NCBI RefSeq assembly: GCF_001194135.2
Contig: NC_068981.1
Location: 17,722,209-17,771,361 of the forward strand
DNA from: Octopus bimaculoides
Lineage: Eukaryota
Direction: 5' to 3'
DNA length: 49,153 nucleotides
The notes under the pieces are model-generated. The model had not been told where the DNA came from, searched no databases, and was given only the letters and a program-made list of their open reading frames with translations. Each line of letters starts with the position of its first letter. The first letter of the stretch is position 1. Positions 39,074 to 48,206 of the stretch are shown here, piece after piece. The translations under genes and the position numbers were made by a program.

Positions 39074-41565
39074 TAGATAGAGANNNNNNNNNNAGAGAGA
39101 GAGAGAGAGAGAGAGAGAGAGGCTTTGTATCTCAGTGTGAAACATTGGAGAATATATTTTCCCCTACATCTGCACTGTTAAGTTCCTATACAAGTGTCAA
39201 TGGACAATGGCTAAGCTAGGGTACCATATTCAAGTGTTTAATCAACCATATTGACCCCGATATTTATTTCAATCAGGTACTTATTTCCTCACCTCTGTCT
39301 GTCAAACCCACCAATTAAAGGACATAACATGGACACAACATCATCATCCTCATTTAGTGCCCGTTGTCCATGCTGGCATGGGTTGGACAGTTTGACTGGG
39401 CTGGCATGCTGGAAGGCTGTGCCAGGATCCAGTATGGTTTTTTACGGCTGATTTTCTATGGTTGGATGCCCTTCCTAATGCCAACTACTCCGAGAATGTA
39501 ATGGGTGCTTTTATGTGCCATCTGTACGGGTGCCATTTGCGTGACACCAGTATCTGCCACAACTACAATTTTACTCGGCTTGATGGGTCTTCTTCTCAAG
39601 CACGACATAATGCCAAAGGTCTTGGTCATTGCCTCTGTGAGGCCCAACACTCAAAAGGAGGTCGGCCACTTTGCCTCCATGAGGCCTAATGCTCGAAAGG
39701 AACTCAGTCATCTCACCTCCATGAAGCCCATTTGAAAGGAACTCAGCCACTTTGCCTCCATACGGCCCAGGAGCTTGGTCACTTTGCCTTCATGAGGCAT
39801 AAACAGAATAGTTTTATTCAGACCAGCATAAATATAAAACACTCACACTACGTACATGCATGTATGTATGTACTTACATACATATAATTCTGAGAAATGA
39901 AACATTCTAATAATATACAAAACATTTTCAAAAGTATCTGTCAACGTAACATCTTGCAGAGGCTAACATGTAATGTTATGTATCAGTCATGCAAGGGTAG
40001 CTCTCAGGTCTTACAAACTGTCATGCTGAAGAATTATTACAGAAACAAATTCTATGTTTGCCAATATCTTTAAAACAAACACCACTGAAAGAGATTTATA
40101 CAATCTTAACCATCCATAAGCAATTAAAGCATCATTGAAGAAGAAAATGAAAGGGGAATGAAGAGTATCATTAATATATTGTCAATAGGGCTAGTTAAGT
40201 GCACATGTTCAGTTGACATCAAAACATATCATCTAGGTGCCATACACCACTAAAATAATACTGTAATCATTTGAATTAAGATAACAGAGATATGGTAAGT
40301 ATGCATGTATGCATGCATGCACATGTGCAGTACAGTCTAGTGGTTAGAGTGTTGCGCTTGTAATTGTAAGTCATAGGTTCTTTGGCATTATATCATGCTT
40401 AAGAAGAAGACCCATCAAGCCGAGCAAAATCGCAGTCATGATAGATATTGGTGTTGCGCAAATGGCAACCGTGCCGGTGGTACATAAAAGCACCCATTAC
40501 ACTCTCGGAGTGGTTGGTGTTAGGAAGGGCATCCAGCCATAGAAAACCATGCCAAATAATCTGACTGGAGTCTGGTGCAGCCTTCCAGCATACCAGCCTC
40601 GGTTAAACTGTCCAACCAACCCATGCCAACACGGACGATGATGATGATGATGAAGATGATGATGATGTTCTCTTCCTAGACTGAGTGGTATCTTGTGTCA
40701 CTGAGCAACACACTTCATTTCAGGTTGTTCTGGTCTACTGGGCTGAAAACATGTACCAGCTTAGTACTGGTATAGTCCTACCTCCTTCCCTCCCTCCAGT
40801 AGTCACGCCATCAATCTTCCACTGGGTTAAGGGTGGGAGGGCCAAGAAGGTCTCTATGCCAGTTTGTGAATACATAAGCATCTAAATAAATTAGCAGAAG
40901 CATGGCACATGCTACTAAGTGAAACTTAAGCGACTGCTACCACTCTTTTACTTTGGATGGGTGGGTGGGTAGGCACGCAAGCGCACACACACACAAACAC
41001 ACAAGGTCTGATCAAAAAGTATTGAGGCTGTTACTATAGCAATGGAGCTATATATAGTACACTGGGTTAAGTCACTTGGCATAGACCTTGAACTCTGTCG
41101 CGCATGCACACTGAGCTATAACATTCCCAACCACTTTCATTGTTTATAGCAGTGCTTGGAAACAAAGTATGTAGAGTGAGCTCATCTCAAGAAGAAGATC
41201 ACCTCTCAGCTGCACAGGATCTCCTCGACTGTGTTGCAAAAAAAAAAAAAAAAAACTTTTTGTAATGGTTTTAACAGGTGATGAATTGTGGGTCTGTAGC
41301 TATGACCCCAAAACCAAGGCTTGAAAGGAATCCCATTTGAAAGGAACAAGATTTCAAGTCCAGAAAATCCAAGAGAATGCAACAAGTCGGCTGTTCACTG
41401 TCTCAAGAACAGAGTTCCAGGAATGCTTCCAATAGCGGAAACTACAATGGATAAAGCATCTGGTTTCAGAAGGCGATTACTTCAAAGAAGATTAAATGCC
41501 AAATTGATATGGGTTGTAGTTTCCTTTTTAGAGCTATAGTCCCAGTAATCTTTGATCAAACTTCC

Positions 41566-41596
<31 letters not shown>

Positions 41597-42821
41597 AATA
41601 AGGATAAGATCGATATTTAAAATATTGATCTTATCAAGTGGTCAGCATGGGAATAAAAACCATCAAAGGTAATAATTATTTAAAATTATAANNNNNNNNN
41701 NTCATCATCATCATCGTCGTCATTGAACATCCACTTTCCATGCTGGCGTGGGTTGGATGGTTTGACTGAGAACTGGCAAGCCAGAAGGCTGCACCAGGTT
41801 CCAATCTGATCTGGCAAGGTTTCTACAGCTAGATGCCCTTCCTAACGCCAACCACTCTGAGAGTGTAGCGGGTGCTCTTTACGTGCCACCAGTACAAGGG
41901 CCAGTCGAGTGGTACTGGCATCGACCATGCTTGAATGGTGCTTTTTATGTGCCATCAGCACTGGAGCCAGTCAGGCGGTACAGGCAACGGCCATGCTCGA
42001 ATGATACTTTTTTTTTTTTACATGCCACCGGCACAGGACCAGTCAGGTGGTACTGGCATTGACCATGCTTGAATGGTGCTTTTTATGTGCCACCGGTACA
42101 GGTATCAGTCAGGTGGCACTGGCATCAGCCACGACAATGAATTCACTTGCCTCAACAGGTCTTTGCAAGTGCAGTTTATTGCCCAATGATTGAAGGATAC
42201 TCTTAAATGGGCCGATTATGCTACACTGGCATAGGCCACGGTTACGGTCTCACTTGGCTTGCCAGGTCTTCTCAAGCACAGCATATCTCCAAAGATCTTG
42301 GTCACTCGTCATCGCCTCTGTGAGGCCCAATGTTTGAAGGTCGTGCTTCACCACCTCATCCTAGGTCTTCCTGGGTCTACCTCTCTCTCTATATATATAT
42401 ATGAAAAAATGATAAACACAAGATGAAATTTATACTATTTGTTAAATGTACACATATGTGTCGTCTGCAGTGGATGTTCATAATGCAATTGGATGCAGAT
42501 CCACAACAGTTCTTCAGAGGAACTGTGTCAATATAATGCAATACAGTGTTCCCTTGAAGAATTATAGTAGATCTGCATCCAAATGGACCACGAACACCCA
42601 CAGCAAAAAATGCAAATAACGACAATGATGAAACATGTACAGGGAACAGATGGTATAAACTGCATCTTGTGTTCATCATAATTCTCCTTATATTTGCTAA
42701 TACTACTAAGAACAGTAGTAACCACAGCACTTTACTGGAAGTAAACTAGATGAGATACTTGACACGGAGCTCTAAATTCAAAAGCAGAAGCCATACATCT
42801 AACTGTAACACAGGAAATACC

Positions 42822-42869
<48 letters not shown>

Positions 42870-43155
42870 CTGTTGCCAGTATTAGAGTTTAATCTTCAAT
42901 TAATCTCATAATACACACACACACAAATGATGTGGAATTAGAACAACAGTGTTCTCATGTGAAAATATTAATTAGGAAACATGTTTTCTCTCATGGAACA
43001 GCCTCGTTTATTTTTCAGCCACATATTTCACTCTGTAAAATGGATGTCATTAAGTAAAAACCATGCCAAAACAGACAGTAGAGCTGGACACAGACCTCTG
43101 GTTCACTAGCTTTTGTCGAACTGTCCAACCCATGCCAGCATGGAAGACATGTTGA

Positions 43156-43217
<62 letters not shown>

Positions 43218-46200
43218 ACCATCACACCAAACACCATTTAAACCAGGTGTACTTCTTTCCTGTAGTCATTACCCCCCACTGTTCCCCTTTTGAAAAATAT
43301 TCCATTGGTCATTAAAGCTATGATTAAAAATATTCCAGATATTCTGCCAATGTCCATCCAGTCTTTTTAAGGATTATGACTGGGCCTACATTATCTATGT
43401 GTCATTTCCTAATTCAAGACACCGAGGGAGATTAGCCTGCTATTTCTATCAGGTGTATCAATTATACAGTGTTTCCCTCTACAACATACTTTAGTTGTCT
43501 AACCACCATTACTAACCATAACCTGAAACAGTTGAGTAACATTGGTTTCCCCCTATATCCTACAGTCTAAAAAGGGGCCATGAGACTGCTAACCTACACC
43601 CTCACATAAATTACTGACAAAACTGAGAAGTTAGGACATTCATACATTTCCTTAGTCTACTAATGCTACTCATATAGTTCACACTGGAAATTGAGATCAA
43701 GTAATGGATTTGAGTTACTAAACACCAAAACACTGCCCCACAACACTTGTTACATGATCACTCAATCAGCTAGAAATAGCAGCCAGATAATTCTCAAATC
43801 ATATGCTATTCTTACAAAAAGAGAAGGACAGAGTGGACAATGTAGTTTTGGATGTATGAAAATATGACAGTCATAGATGGAAACTCGTATGATCACATAT
43901 CTGCTAAAAACATAGCTGATTGGTCTCAAAAGCTCTATCACCATTAACTCTTAATTCAATACTGAGTGAAGTCATTGTCCATGACACAATGACTACAGCA
44001 GTATAAAGGGATAAAATAGTCATAGTAGTAAGAAAGAATGTTATGTCTACTCAATGTCTATGGCAGGAAGGGCAATAAATACAATAGTATGGAAGGACCC
44101 AAATGTCTACAACAATATGGAAGGTCACAACATCTACAGCAAGTGTTCAACAGTTTGAAGAATTAATCTGTTGGTTATTTCCATGGCGGCAAGTTGGCAG
44201 GAATGTTAGCATACCAGGCGAAGTGCTTAGCGGTATTTTATCTGTCTTTACATTCTGAGTTCAAATTCCACCAAGATCGACTTTGCTTTTCATCCTTTCA
44301 GGGTCAGTAAATTAAGTACCAGTTGCATACTGGGTCAATCTAATCGACTGCCTCCCCTCCCCAAAAATTTCAGGCCTTGTACCTAGAGTAGAAAAGAATC
44401 TGTTGGCTATTCCACACAACAACAATTACAAAGATTTCTATCATTGGTACAAGATGGAAGAAGTACTATTTGACGGAAGAAGTACTATTTGACGGAAGAA
44501 GTACTATTTGACGGAAGAAGTACTATTTGACAGAAGTACTATTTGGCGGAAGAAGTACTATTTGACGGAAGAAGTACTATTACACAGAAGAAGTACTATT
44601 TGGTGGAAGAAGTACTATTGACAAACTAATCTCAGTACTTGACTGTTATTATTTTATTTTCTCAACCCTGAAAAGATGAAACTTAATATTGACCTCACTT
44701 GGATTTGAAATCAAAATACTGGTTAAAAAGGGCAGCAAGTTAGGGGGAGGGGTAAGTTGATTACATCAATCCCAGTGCTCAACTGGTACTTATTTTATTG
44801 AGCCCTGAAAGGTTGAAAGGCAAATTCGATTTCATCAGAGTTTGAACTCAGGATGTAAAGATGAAAGAAATGCTGCTAATCATGCACCCAACACGCTAAT
44901 GATTCTGCCAGCTCCACTGCCTTTTGAGATCAAAATATTAAAGCAACATAACTAAATAATGCAAGGCACTTAATCGGTCAACCTACTGTTTTTCCCATTC
45001 CATAACAATAACATCATGCAACAATATTACAAAATCTACAAGCACAAGAGAAACAAGCAATGCAAGCAGAAGGAAAAGTAAAATATGGAAGTGATAGGGA
45101 GAGAGAGAGAGACAGACAGAATGGGAGAAAGGGAAGGATAAAGAAAGATATGCAATGAGAAGAGAAATAAATTAAAGAAGTGACAGAAGAGGCAGGAAAT
45201 CATCATAGAAGGTAAAACAAGAGGAAGTGAATTAAAACTGCTGTGTTATTAGTAAGAGAGCTTGGACAGAGAGAGAGGGATTAAAGTTAGCAAAATAGGA
45301 TCTGATTAAAATCAAACAGTAGAGATTAAAGTTAGTAAAAGAAAAAAAAAAGGAAGAAAGAAAAAGGAGTTCACTTGAGGTCAAACAAGGATTCAAAACT
45401 AGCAGCATTTGAAGTCAGTAGTTTAGTTGTTTTTGTTTTTTAATAAAATCTTTTAAACTCACAAGAAGTCTTCATATCACCTAAAATAAGATAGTTACAT
45501 AGTGAAATATATNNNNNNNNNNNNNNNNNNNNNNNNNNNNNNNNNNNNNNNNNNNNNNNNNNNNNNNNNNNNNNNNNNNNNNNNNNNNNNNNNNNNNNNN
45601 NNNNNNNNNNNNNNNNNNNNNNNNNNNNNNNNNNNNNNNNNNNNNNNNNNNNNNNNNNNNNNNNNNNNNNNNNNNNNNNNNNNNNNNNNNNNNNNNNNNN
45701 NNNNNNNNNNNNNNNNNNNGTGAATAGATTTATATAAGTAAATAGTACCTAATTTTTGTCAAACTTTCGTTTGGTTTGAATAAATTCTACTGGCTTTTAA
45801 AATACTGGCAACATCAATGTGTATGAAAACCAGTATTATTTTTATACTAGTCAATCTATTAGCTGCTGGTAATAGCCACATATGTATATATAATTTCACA
45901 TATATTTTTGCTAGACATCCAGACCCTTGTCCAGTAAAAGGATACATAGAATACGTATGTTTACTTTAAAGTGTCTCCTTTGATTTGTTAACCACATGTC
46001 ATTCCATTTAAACTATTTTCATTTATTTATATATTAGTACTCTGAAATTTTAATACTTTCTATTTCAGTGAAATCATTGTAAATCTCTACCACGAAATAT
46101 TTTCTTACATCTATGATATATTCATTCCTATTGCTAATATTATAAATACATAATGATCAACTACCACCATCGTTGTTTTTAATGTCTATTCTCCTATTAT

Positions 46201-47619
46201 TGCATAGGTCAGACAGAATTCACTGAGGCAAATTTTCTATGGCCAGATGCCATTCCTATTGTCAACCTTCATCTGTTTACAAGCAAGGTAGTATTTCCCC
46301 TTGCTTGGAAGATTGGAAATGAATGACATCACTTGTATAATGGTGATACTCATTTACAATTTATCACACGATAATACTTGTGTTATACTGATTCTATTCG
46401 ACAATCACATTAAGGTTACATGTGTCTGTAGAATACTCAATTCCTTCACATACTAATTCAATGAGTAGGTTCTCCAGTTGATCAAAGAACTGGATGTTCA
46501 TACATCAAAATGAATGGTAAATCATAAACACACACACACACATTTATATGATACATTCCACATCAGGCATAAACTACATATTGCTTTCTTGTAATATCTT
46601 TCTCGTTCATGCTCTTGAATCATAAATACCTTTGGATTTCTTATTTTCCTAATTTAGAAAATACTATGGTTCTATCTCAAATGCAATATTACAACTAACT
46701 TACTCACTTATTTACTACATTACAAACTGTTTTTTTTTTTTTTTAAATTCAGTCATAGAATTACTTTTATATTTATCACAAACAATGAGAGATATGTGTA
46801 ATTTAGTCAATAGTTTCTATTTATGAGTCCCCAAAACAAAACTTTTTCCTTCCTAACAAACGTTTTCACTGAAGATACCACAATCACTAGATTATACTGC
46901 TTAATCCATCATAATCTCCTTGATCACTTTAACTGGATGTTGGGTTTTGTCTGCCATGTTAGTTAGACAAACTGCTTTCAGCCACTTGTATATATAAATA
47001 AGTTACAATACAGTGGCTTCTGTAGAAGAACGGAACCTAAATGCTATTGCTATACTGTGTGAAAGTGAGTTCCTGCAGCAGTGAAGTTAGTAAGAAACTA
47101 GAATACAGTAACTAATCATAGTAAATAGATATTAAAATGTTTTGTAAAAGCAAGGAGAGGATACAGTTGGTGATATCCACCAGTTACCATGTTTAGAAAG
47201 CATATATAGCCAGAAACACAGCTCTTCTGTTACACTTTTATAAGCACAACATTTAGAAACAGTGTGCAAAAAAAAAGAAAAAAAACATATAAATGTAAGA
47301 GGAATATTTATCTATTACTGACAAAATGGTTTCCAATAAGAGCAAAGCAGAAAGTGATATTATAAGGCTCTAGCTTGAGTTATAAAGGTGGAACAACAGA
47401 GTTACAATATATATACAGACAACACCGAGTGTGAAATGACAAGCTTACCAGAATTTTGCGAGGAGTCATCAAATAGTGGACTTGGGGGAGAAGACATTTC
47501 ACTGTCACTGCTAGCAGTAGGGGGACTGCGGGAAGGAGAACCTGTGATAGAGCCTGGTGGGGTCAGAACCATAGTAGGATCACTCTTCAGTTGGGCTCCA
47601 GCCAAATTATCTTCCAAAT
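7628..47619 (-). CDS. SREBF: SREBP (sterol regulatory element-binding protein), 5'-partial spliced CDS: join of 13 exons, minus strand
   Basis: Exons 47449-47619, 35974-36156, 33712-33884, 31659-31920, 29875-30041, 27771-27933, 25694-25787, 24128-24243, 22908-23058, 20387-20558, 10750-10926, 9655-9763 and 7628-7938 all have AG/GT boundaries and matching phases (2249 nt, no internal stop). Motifs are collinear with human SREBP1/2 as I recall them: [94 protein letters not shown]. Confidence 0.97.
8065..8382 (+). mobile_element. RTE 3'UTR fragment (representative of about 20 copies)
   Basis: Shared block aaaagcacccactacactctcggagtggttggcgttaggaagggcatccagctgtagaaactctgcc...catgctagcatggaaagcggacgttaaacgatgatg. 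Other copies: 635-800(-), 1775-1848(+), 8742-8832(-), 23790-24060(-), 24932-25204(-), 27215-27515(+), 31285-31625(+), 34300-34425(+), 43065-43217(+), 48727-48946(+). Confidence 0.88.
8838..9596 (-). mobile_element. Head-to-tail cluster of four tRNA-derived SINEs, family C
   Basis: Repeated blocks ggcacaagg...ctggtacttatt...gaaaggatgaaaggc...tttgaactcagaac at about 8838, 8976, 9190 and 9406, separated by AT-rich/(taa)n tails. The core ctttgcctttcatcctttc.gggtcg recalls Meta-domain SINEs (from memory, unverified). Confidence 0.8.
9655..9763 (-). CDS. SREBF: SREBP exon ([36 protein letters not shown])
   Basis: Acceptor cattttag|GTA and donor GAAG|gtattc; 109 nt, phase 0-1. Confidence 0.96.
9960..10140 (-). 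mobile_element. Degenerate CR1/L2-like reverse transcriptase fragment
   Basis: [23 protein letters not shown] resembles the KL..YG....L..WI..FL..R...V motif after SKAFD. Confidence 0.45.
10750..10926 (-). CDS. SREBF: SREBP exon ([18 protein letters not shown]...[10 protein letters not shown]...ALKK)
   Basis: Acceptor tactacag|GGC and donor AAG|gtgaaa; 177 nt, phase 0-0. Confidence 0.95.
11690..12066 (-). mobile_element. tRNA-derived SINE, family A, full length
   Basis: Reverse complement of the 74-410 element with intact head tgtggaggcgtaatggcccagtggttagggc and CpG-rich body. A degenerate 3' piece is at about 38720-38880. Confidence 0.88.
12397..12935 (-). mobile_element. RTE 3'UTR fragment, long form
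   Basis: (cat)n tail at 12397 and diverged tandem UTR units. The 5' part matches 42140-42190 of the ORF-bearing copy. Confidence 0.85.
14055..14154. repeat. Perfect 44-bp inverted repeat with a 12-nt loop
   Basis: 14055-14098 is the exact reverse complement of 14111-14154. Both strands give ORF-track entries containing [10 protein letters not shown]. Confidence 0.95.
15301..15420. repeat. (TA)n microsatellite, representative of many TA, CA/TG, CT, GAT, TAA/TAG and GGT tracts
   Basis: Other tracts at about 1070, 14150-14240, 18570-18655, 18775-18850, 22320, 28100, 28830-28920, 30790, 35770, 36450, 39045, 42825 and 43157. Confidence 0.95.
15750..16230 (-). mobile_element. Degenerate RTE ORF fragment (Cys-rich segment, then CYLGD motif region)
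   Basis: Frameshifted pieces in order: ECRKGV...[34 protein letters not shown]. This is the order seen after RT domain 7 in RTE ORFs. Confidence 0.7.
16333..16479. repeat. 65-bp imperfect inverted repeat with a 17-nt loop
   Basis: 16333-16397 versus the reverse complement of 16415-16479: 5 mismatches, no gaps. Confidence 0.92.
17343..18027 (+). mobile_element. Two head-to-tail RTE 3'UTR fragments
   Basis: Both start atcacgtgaaaagacattcaagcgaagtcg and end in the RTE (gat)n tail. N gaps flank or interrupt them. Confidence 0.82.
18895..18976 (-). ncRNA. MIR33: miR-33 pri-/pre-miRNA hairpin, intronic in SREBP; predicted mature 5p arm 18963-18942 UUGCAUUGUUAGUUGCAUUGCA
   Basis: The 5p arm differs from human miR-33a (GUGCAUUGUAGUUGCAUUGCA) by G1>U plus one inserted U; seed UGCAUUG is intact. 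The 3p arm 18927-18907 (UGCAGUGCAUACACAGUGUAA) pairs in two 9-bp helices around a small internal loop. There is a 14-nt terminal loop, a lower stem, basal UG at -14/-13 and CNNC (CAUC) at +16. Same strand as SREBP. Confidence 0.93.
20387..20558 (-). CDS. SREBF: SREBP exon ([15 protein letters not shown]...[12 protein letters not shown]...DVIK)
   Basis: Acceptor ttttaacag|T and donor AAA|gtaagc; 172 nt, phase 2-0. Confidence 0.95.
22463..22895 (+). mobile_element. SINE family B, full length; its tail ends about 12 bp from an SREBP donor site
   Basis: Runs aggcgtaagagtggctgtgtggtaagtagc to gactgaaacaagtaaaagag. Other copies or parts: 32055-32350(+), 15136-15298(+), 17151-17307(+), 18055-18225(+), 3425-3555(-), 27070-27210(-), 27515-27675(+). 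Confidence 0.87.
22908..23058 (-). CDS. SREBF: SREBP exon ([19 protein letters not shown]...[18 protein letters not shown])
   Basis: Acceptor cttgtcag|TG and donor GCAAG|gtatga; 151 nt, phase 1-2. Confidence 0.94.
24128..24243 (-). CDS. SREBF: SREBP exon ([19 protein letters not shown]...LPNQ)
   Basis: Acceptor attttcag|A and donor CAAG|gtaggg; 116 nt, phase 2-1. This is the exon needed to bridge the neighbouring phases. YTQLLADCS resembles human YLQLLNSCS. Confidence 0.88.
24606..24906. mobile_element. hAT-type MITE
   Basis: TIRs cagtggttctcaa / ttgagaaacactg, about 300 bp, non-coding. An 8-bp TSD is not recognisable. Confidence 0.6.
25694..25787 (-). CDS. SREBF: SREBP exon ([20 protein letters not shown]...WE)
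   Basis: Acceptor attttcag|TC and donor AG|gtactg; 94 nt, phase 1-2. Matches human VDPLAQVTQLFREHLL. Confidence 0.93.
26650..27065 (-). mobile_element. RTE 3'UTR fragment with about 3.3 copies of a 66-bp unit
   Basis: Unit agtcaggcggcactggcaatgaccacacttgaatggtgctttttacgtgtcactggcatgggagcc starts at 26850, 26916, 26982 and 27048. Confidence 0.87.
27771..27933 (-). CDS. SREBF: SREBP exon (RYFLHKV...[19 protein letters not shown]...SIGNH)
   Basis: Acceptor ctttttcag|CGT and donor CATG|gtaaga; 163 nt, phase 0-1. Confidence 0.95.
29130..29411. mobile_element. Degenerate hAT-type MITE
   Basis: Ends cgatagttctcaa / gaggatcactg resemble the same TIR, and internal ggggtccac motifs are as in the 24606 element. 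Confidence 0.4.
29875..30041 (-). CDS. SREBF: SREBP exon ([25 protein letters not shown]...LAEIYATAA...KSLC)
   Basis: Acceptor ttacctag|GT and donor TGT|gtgagt; 167 nt, phase 1-0. Not shown in the ORF track. Confidence 0.94.
30832..31263. other. Assembly gap (also 12074-12336, 45513-45719 and eight 10-14 nt N spacers)
   Basis: Runs of n, mostly bordered by (TA)n or repeats. Confidence 0.99.
31659..31920 (-). CDS. SREBF: SREBP exon ([10 protein letters not shown]...[12 protein letters not shown]...[10 protein letters not shown])
   Basis: Acceptor gttaccag|GGA and donor ACTG|gtcagt; 262 nt, phase 0-1. Confidence 0.96.
32055..32350 (+). mobile_element. SINE family B copy (contains a 10-N gap)
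   Basis: Head and tail nearly identical to 22463-22895. Confidence 0.85.
32748..33002 (-). mobile_element. Possible Tc1/mariner N-terminal relic
   Basis: [12 protein letters not shown] and [10 protein letters not shown] loosely recall the HTH-region motif FR.TGS..D. Weak. Confidence 0.22.
33020..33495 (+). mobile_element. RTE 3'UTR fragment with long (gat)n tail
   Basis: Same UTR consensus; tail expanded to about 20 GAT units. Confidence 0.85.
33712..33884 (-). CDS. SREBF: SREBP exon: TM2 ([21 protein letters not shown]...[14 protein letters not shown])
   Basis: Acceptor aatttcag|AG and donor CAA|gtgagt; 173 nt, phase 1-0. Confidence 0.96.
34430..34895 (+). mobile_element. RTE 3'UTR fragment, long form
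   Basis: Collinear with 33020-33495 and with 12397-12935 (inverted). Confidence 0.85.
35974..36156 (-). CDS. SREBF: SREBP exon: DRSR, TM1 (with NP) and lumenal RSLL S1P site
   Basis: Acceptor tttatcag|GG and donor ACAA|gtgagt; 183 nt, phase 1-1. Encodes [24 protein letters not shown]...[10 protein letters not shown]. Confidence 0.97.
39338..39797 (-). mobile_element. RTE fragment, short-UTR subfamily, with ORF end (..[16 protein letters not shown]) and a 5' tandem ~40-bp array
   Basis: LGLTEAMT and [10 protein letters not shown] are homologous to the ORF end of the 42384 copy. The UTR lacks 66-bp units. Matches 40381-40668(+). Confidence 0.78.
40381..40668 (+). mobile_element. RTE fragment, short-UTR subfamily, directly preceded by a tRNA-like head (40335-40380)
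   Basis: Runs tttggcattatatcatgcttaagaagaagacccatcaagccgag through to the (gat)n tail. Confidence 0.75.
41002..41566 (+). mobile_element. Internally deleted mariner-like DNA transposon
   Basis: Imperfect TIRs ggtctgatcaaaaagtatt / agtaatctttgatcaaactt. Relic peptides [16 protein letters not shown] (first catalytic D region) and [22 protein letters not shown] (C-terminal mariner motif). Confidence 0.72.
41702..42384 (-). mobile_element. 5'-truncated RTE-clade LINE: last 45 codons of the ORF plus long 3'UTR and (gat)n tail
   Basis: 42384-42250 translates [43 protein letters not shown], an RTE ORF C-terminus pattern (GRP..TW...V..DL...DR..WR). It is followed by a UTR with tandem units and the catggaaagcggacgttaaacgatgatgat-type tail. 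Confidence 0.85.
44185..44399 (+). mobile_element. SINE family C
   Basis: tRNA-like head ggcggcaagttggcagg...gagttcaaattcc, followed by the gactttgcttttcatcctttcagggtc core. Confidence 0.8.
44456..44622. repeat. 19-bp minisatellite (ggaagaagtactatttgac), about 9 units
   Basis: Directly visible tandem array; unit 5 is shortened to 16 bp. Confidence 0.95.
44725..44921 (-). mobile_element. SINE family C, inverted relative to the 44185 copy
   Basis: Reverse complement of the same consensus. Further copies at about 19635-19760(-), 34960-35030(-) and 44630-44710(-). Confidence 0.78.
47449..47619 (-). CDS. SREBF: SREBP exon, Ser/Pro-rich linker after bHLH-Zip (DLEDN...LTPPGS...[14 protein letters not shown])
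   Basis: Acceptor ctctatag|AT and donor TCTG|gtaagc; 171 nt, phase 1-1. Resembles human TLTPPPSDAGSP...DSPVFED. Confidence 0.9.
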
Positions 47620-47964
47620 CTATAGAGAATTGAGTGAATTGAAATTCATTCAGTTTTGACAATCAGCTAAAGGAACGGATTGATACCCCAAGTTACAACA
47701 GCCTTCCACAGTAACATGTATATATAAATATATATATATATAATTTAAATAATTTGGGAAAATGAATTTCCAAATCAATCAGGTACAACCCTTCAGCATA
47801 ACATGCATCTGCATATCGTACCTTGGGGTCTTATTTATCATATATTTATATATTTATCTAGAAATGTACAAAGTATCTAATAAACGTCAATAATAATTCA
47901 GTTTTGGGGATTAATAGATATACGGGTATTCTATTTCAGATAATACAAAAAATATAACCTAATG

Positions 47965-48167
47965 AGTATATCTGAAAGTAAACTCATGGTATCCATTTGC
48001 ACATCACAAAATAATACTTAAAGGATATAAACATTATACCAGCAGGGTATATACTATACTTCCTTAATTATCTCCTACTTTAGTTAACACTAAATTAATT
48101 AAATATGAAGGAACTACACATGTTTCAGTATTGGAAGATTACAATATATATACATACACAATATAGT

Positions 48168-48206
<39 letters not shown>

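Noticed and set aside
44456-44622. CRISPR-like short repeats
   Set aside because: Direct tandem 19-mers without spacers; a minisatellite.
36157-47448. Missing SREBP exon in the 11.3-kb intron or in the N gaps
   Set aside because: Flanking exons join in phase and are contiguous with the human sequence (PVFED...GMLDRSR), so no exon is required.
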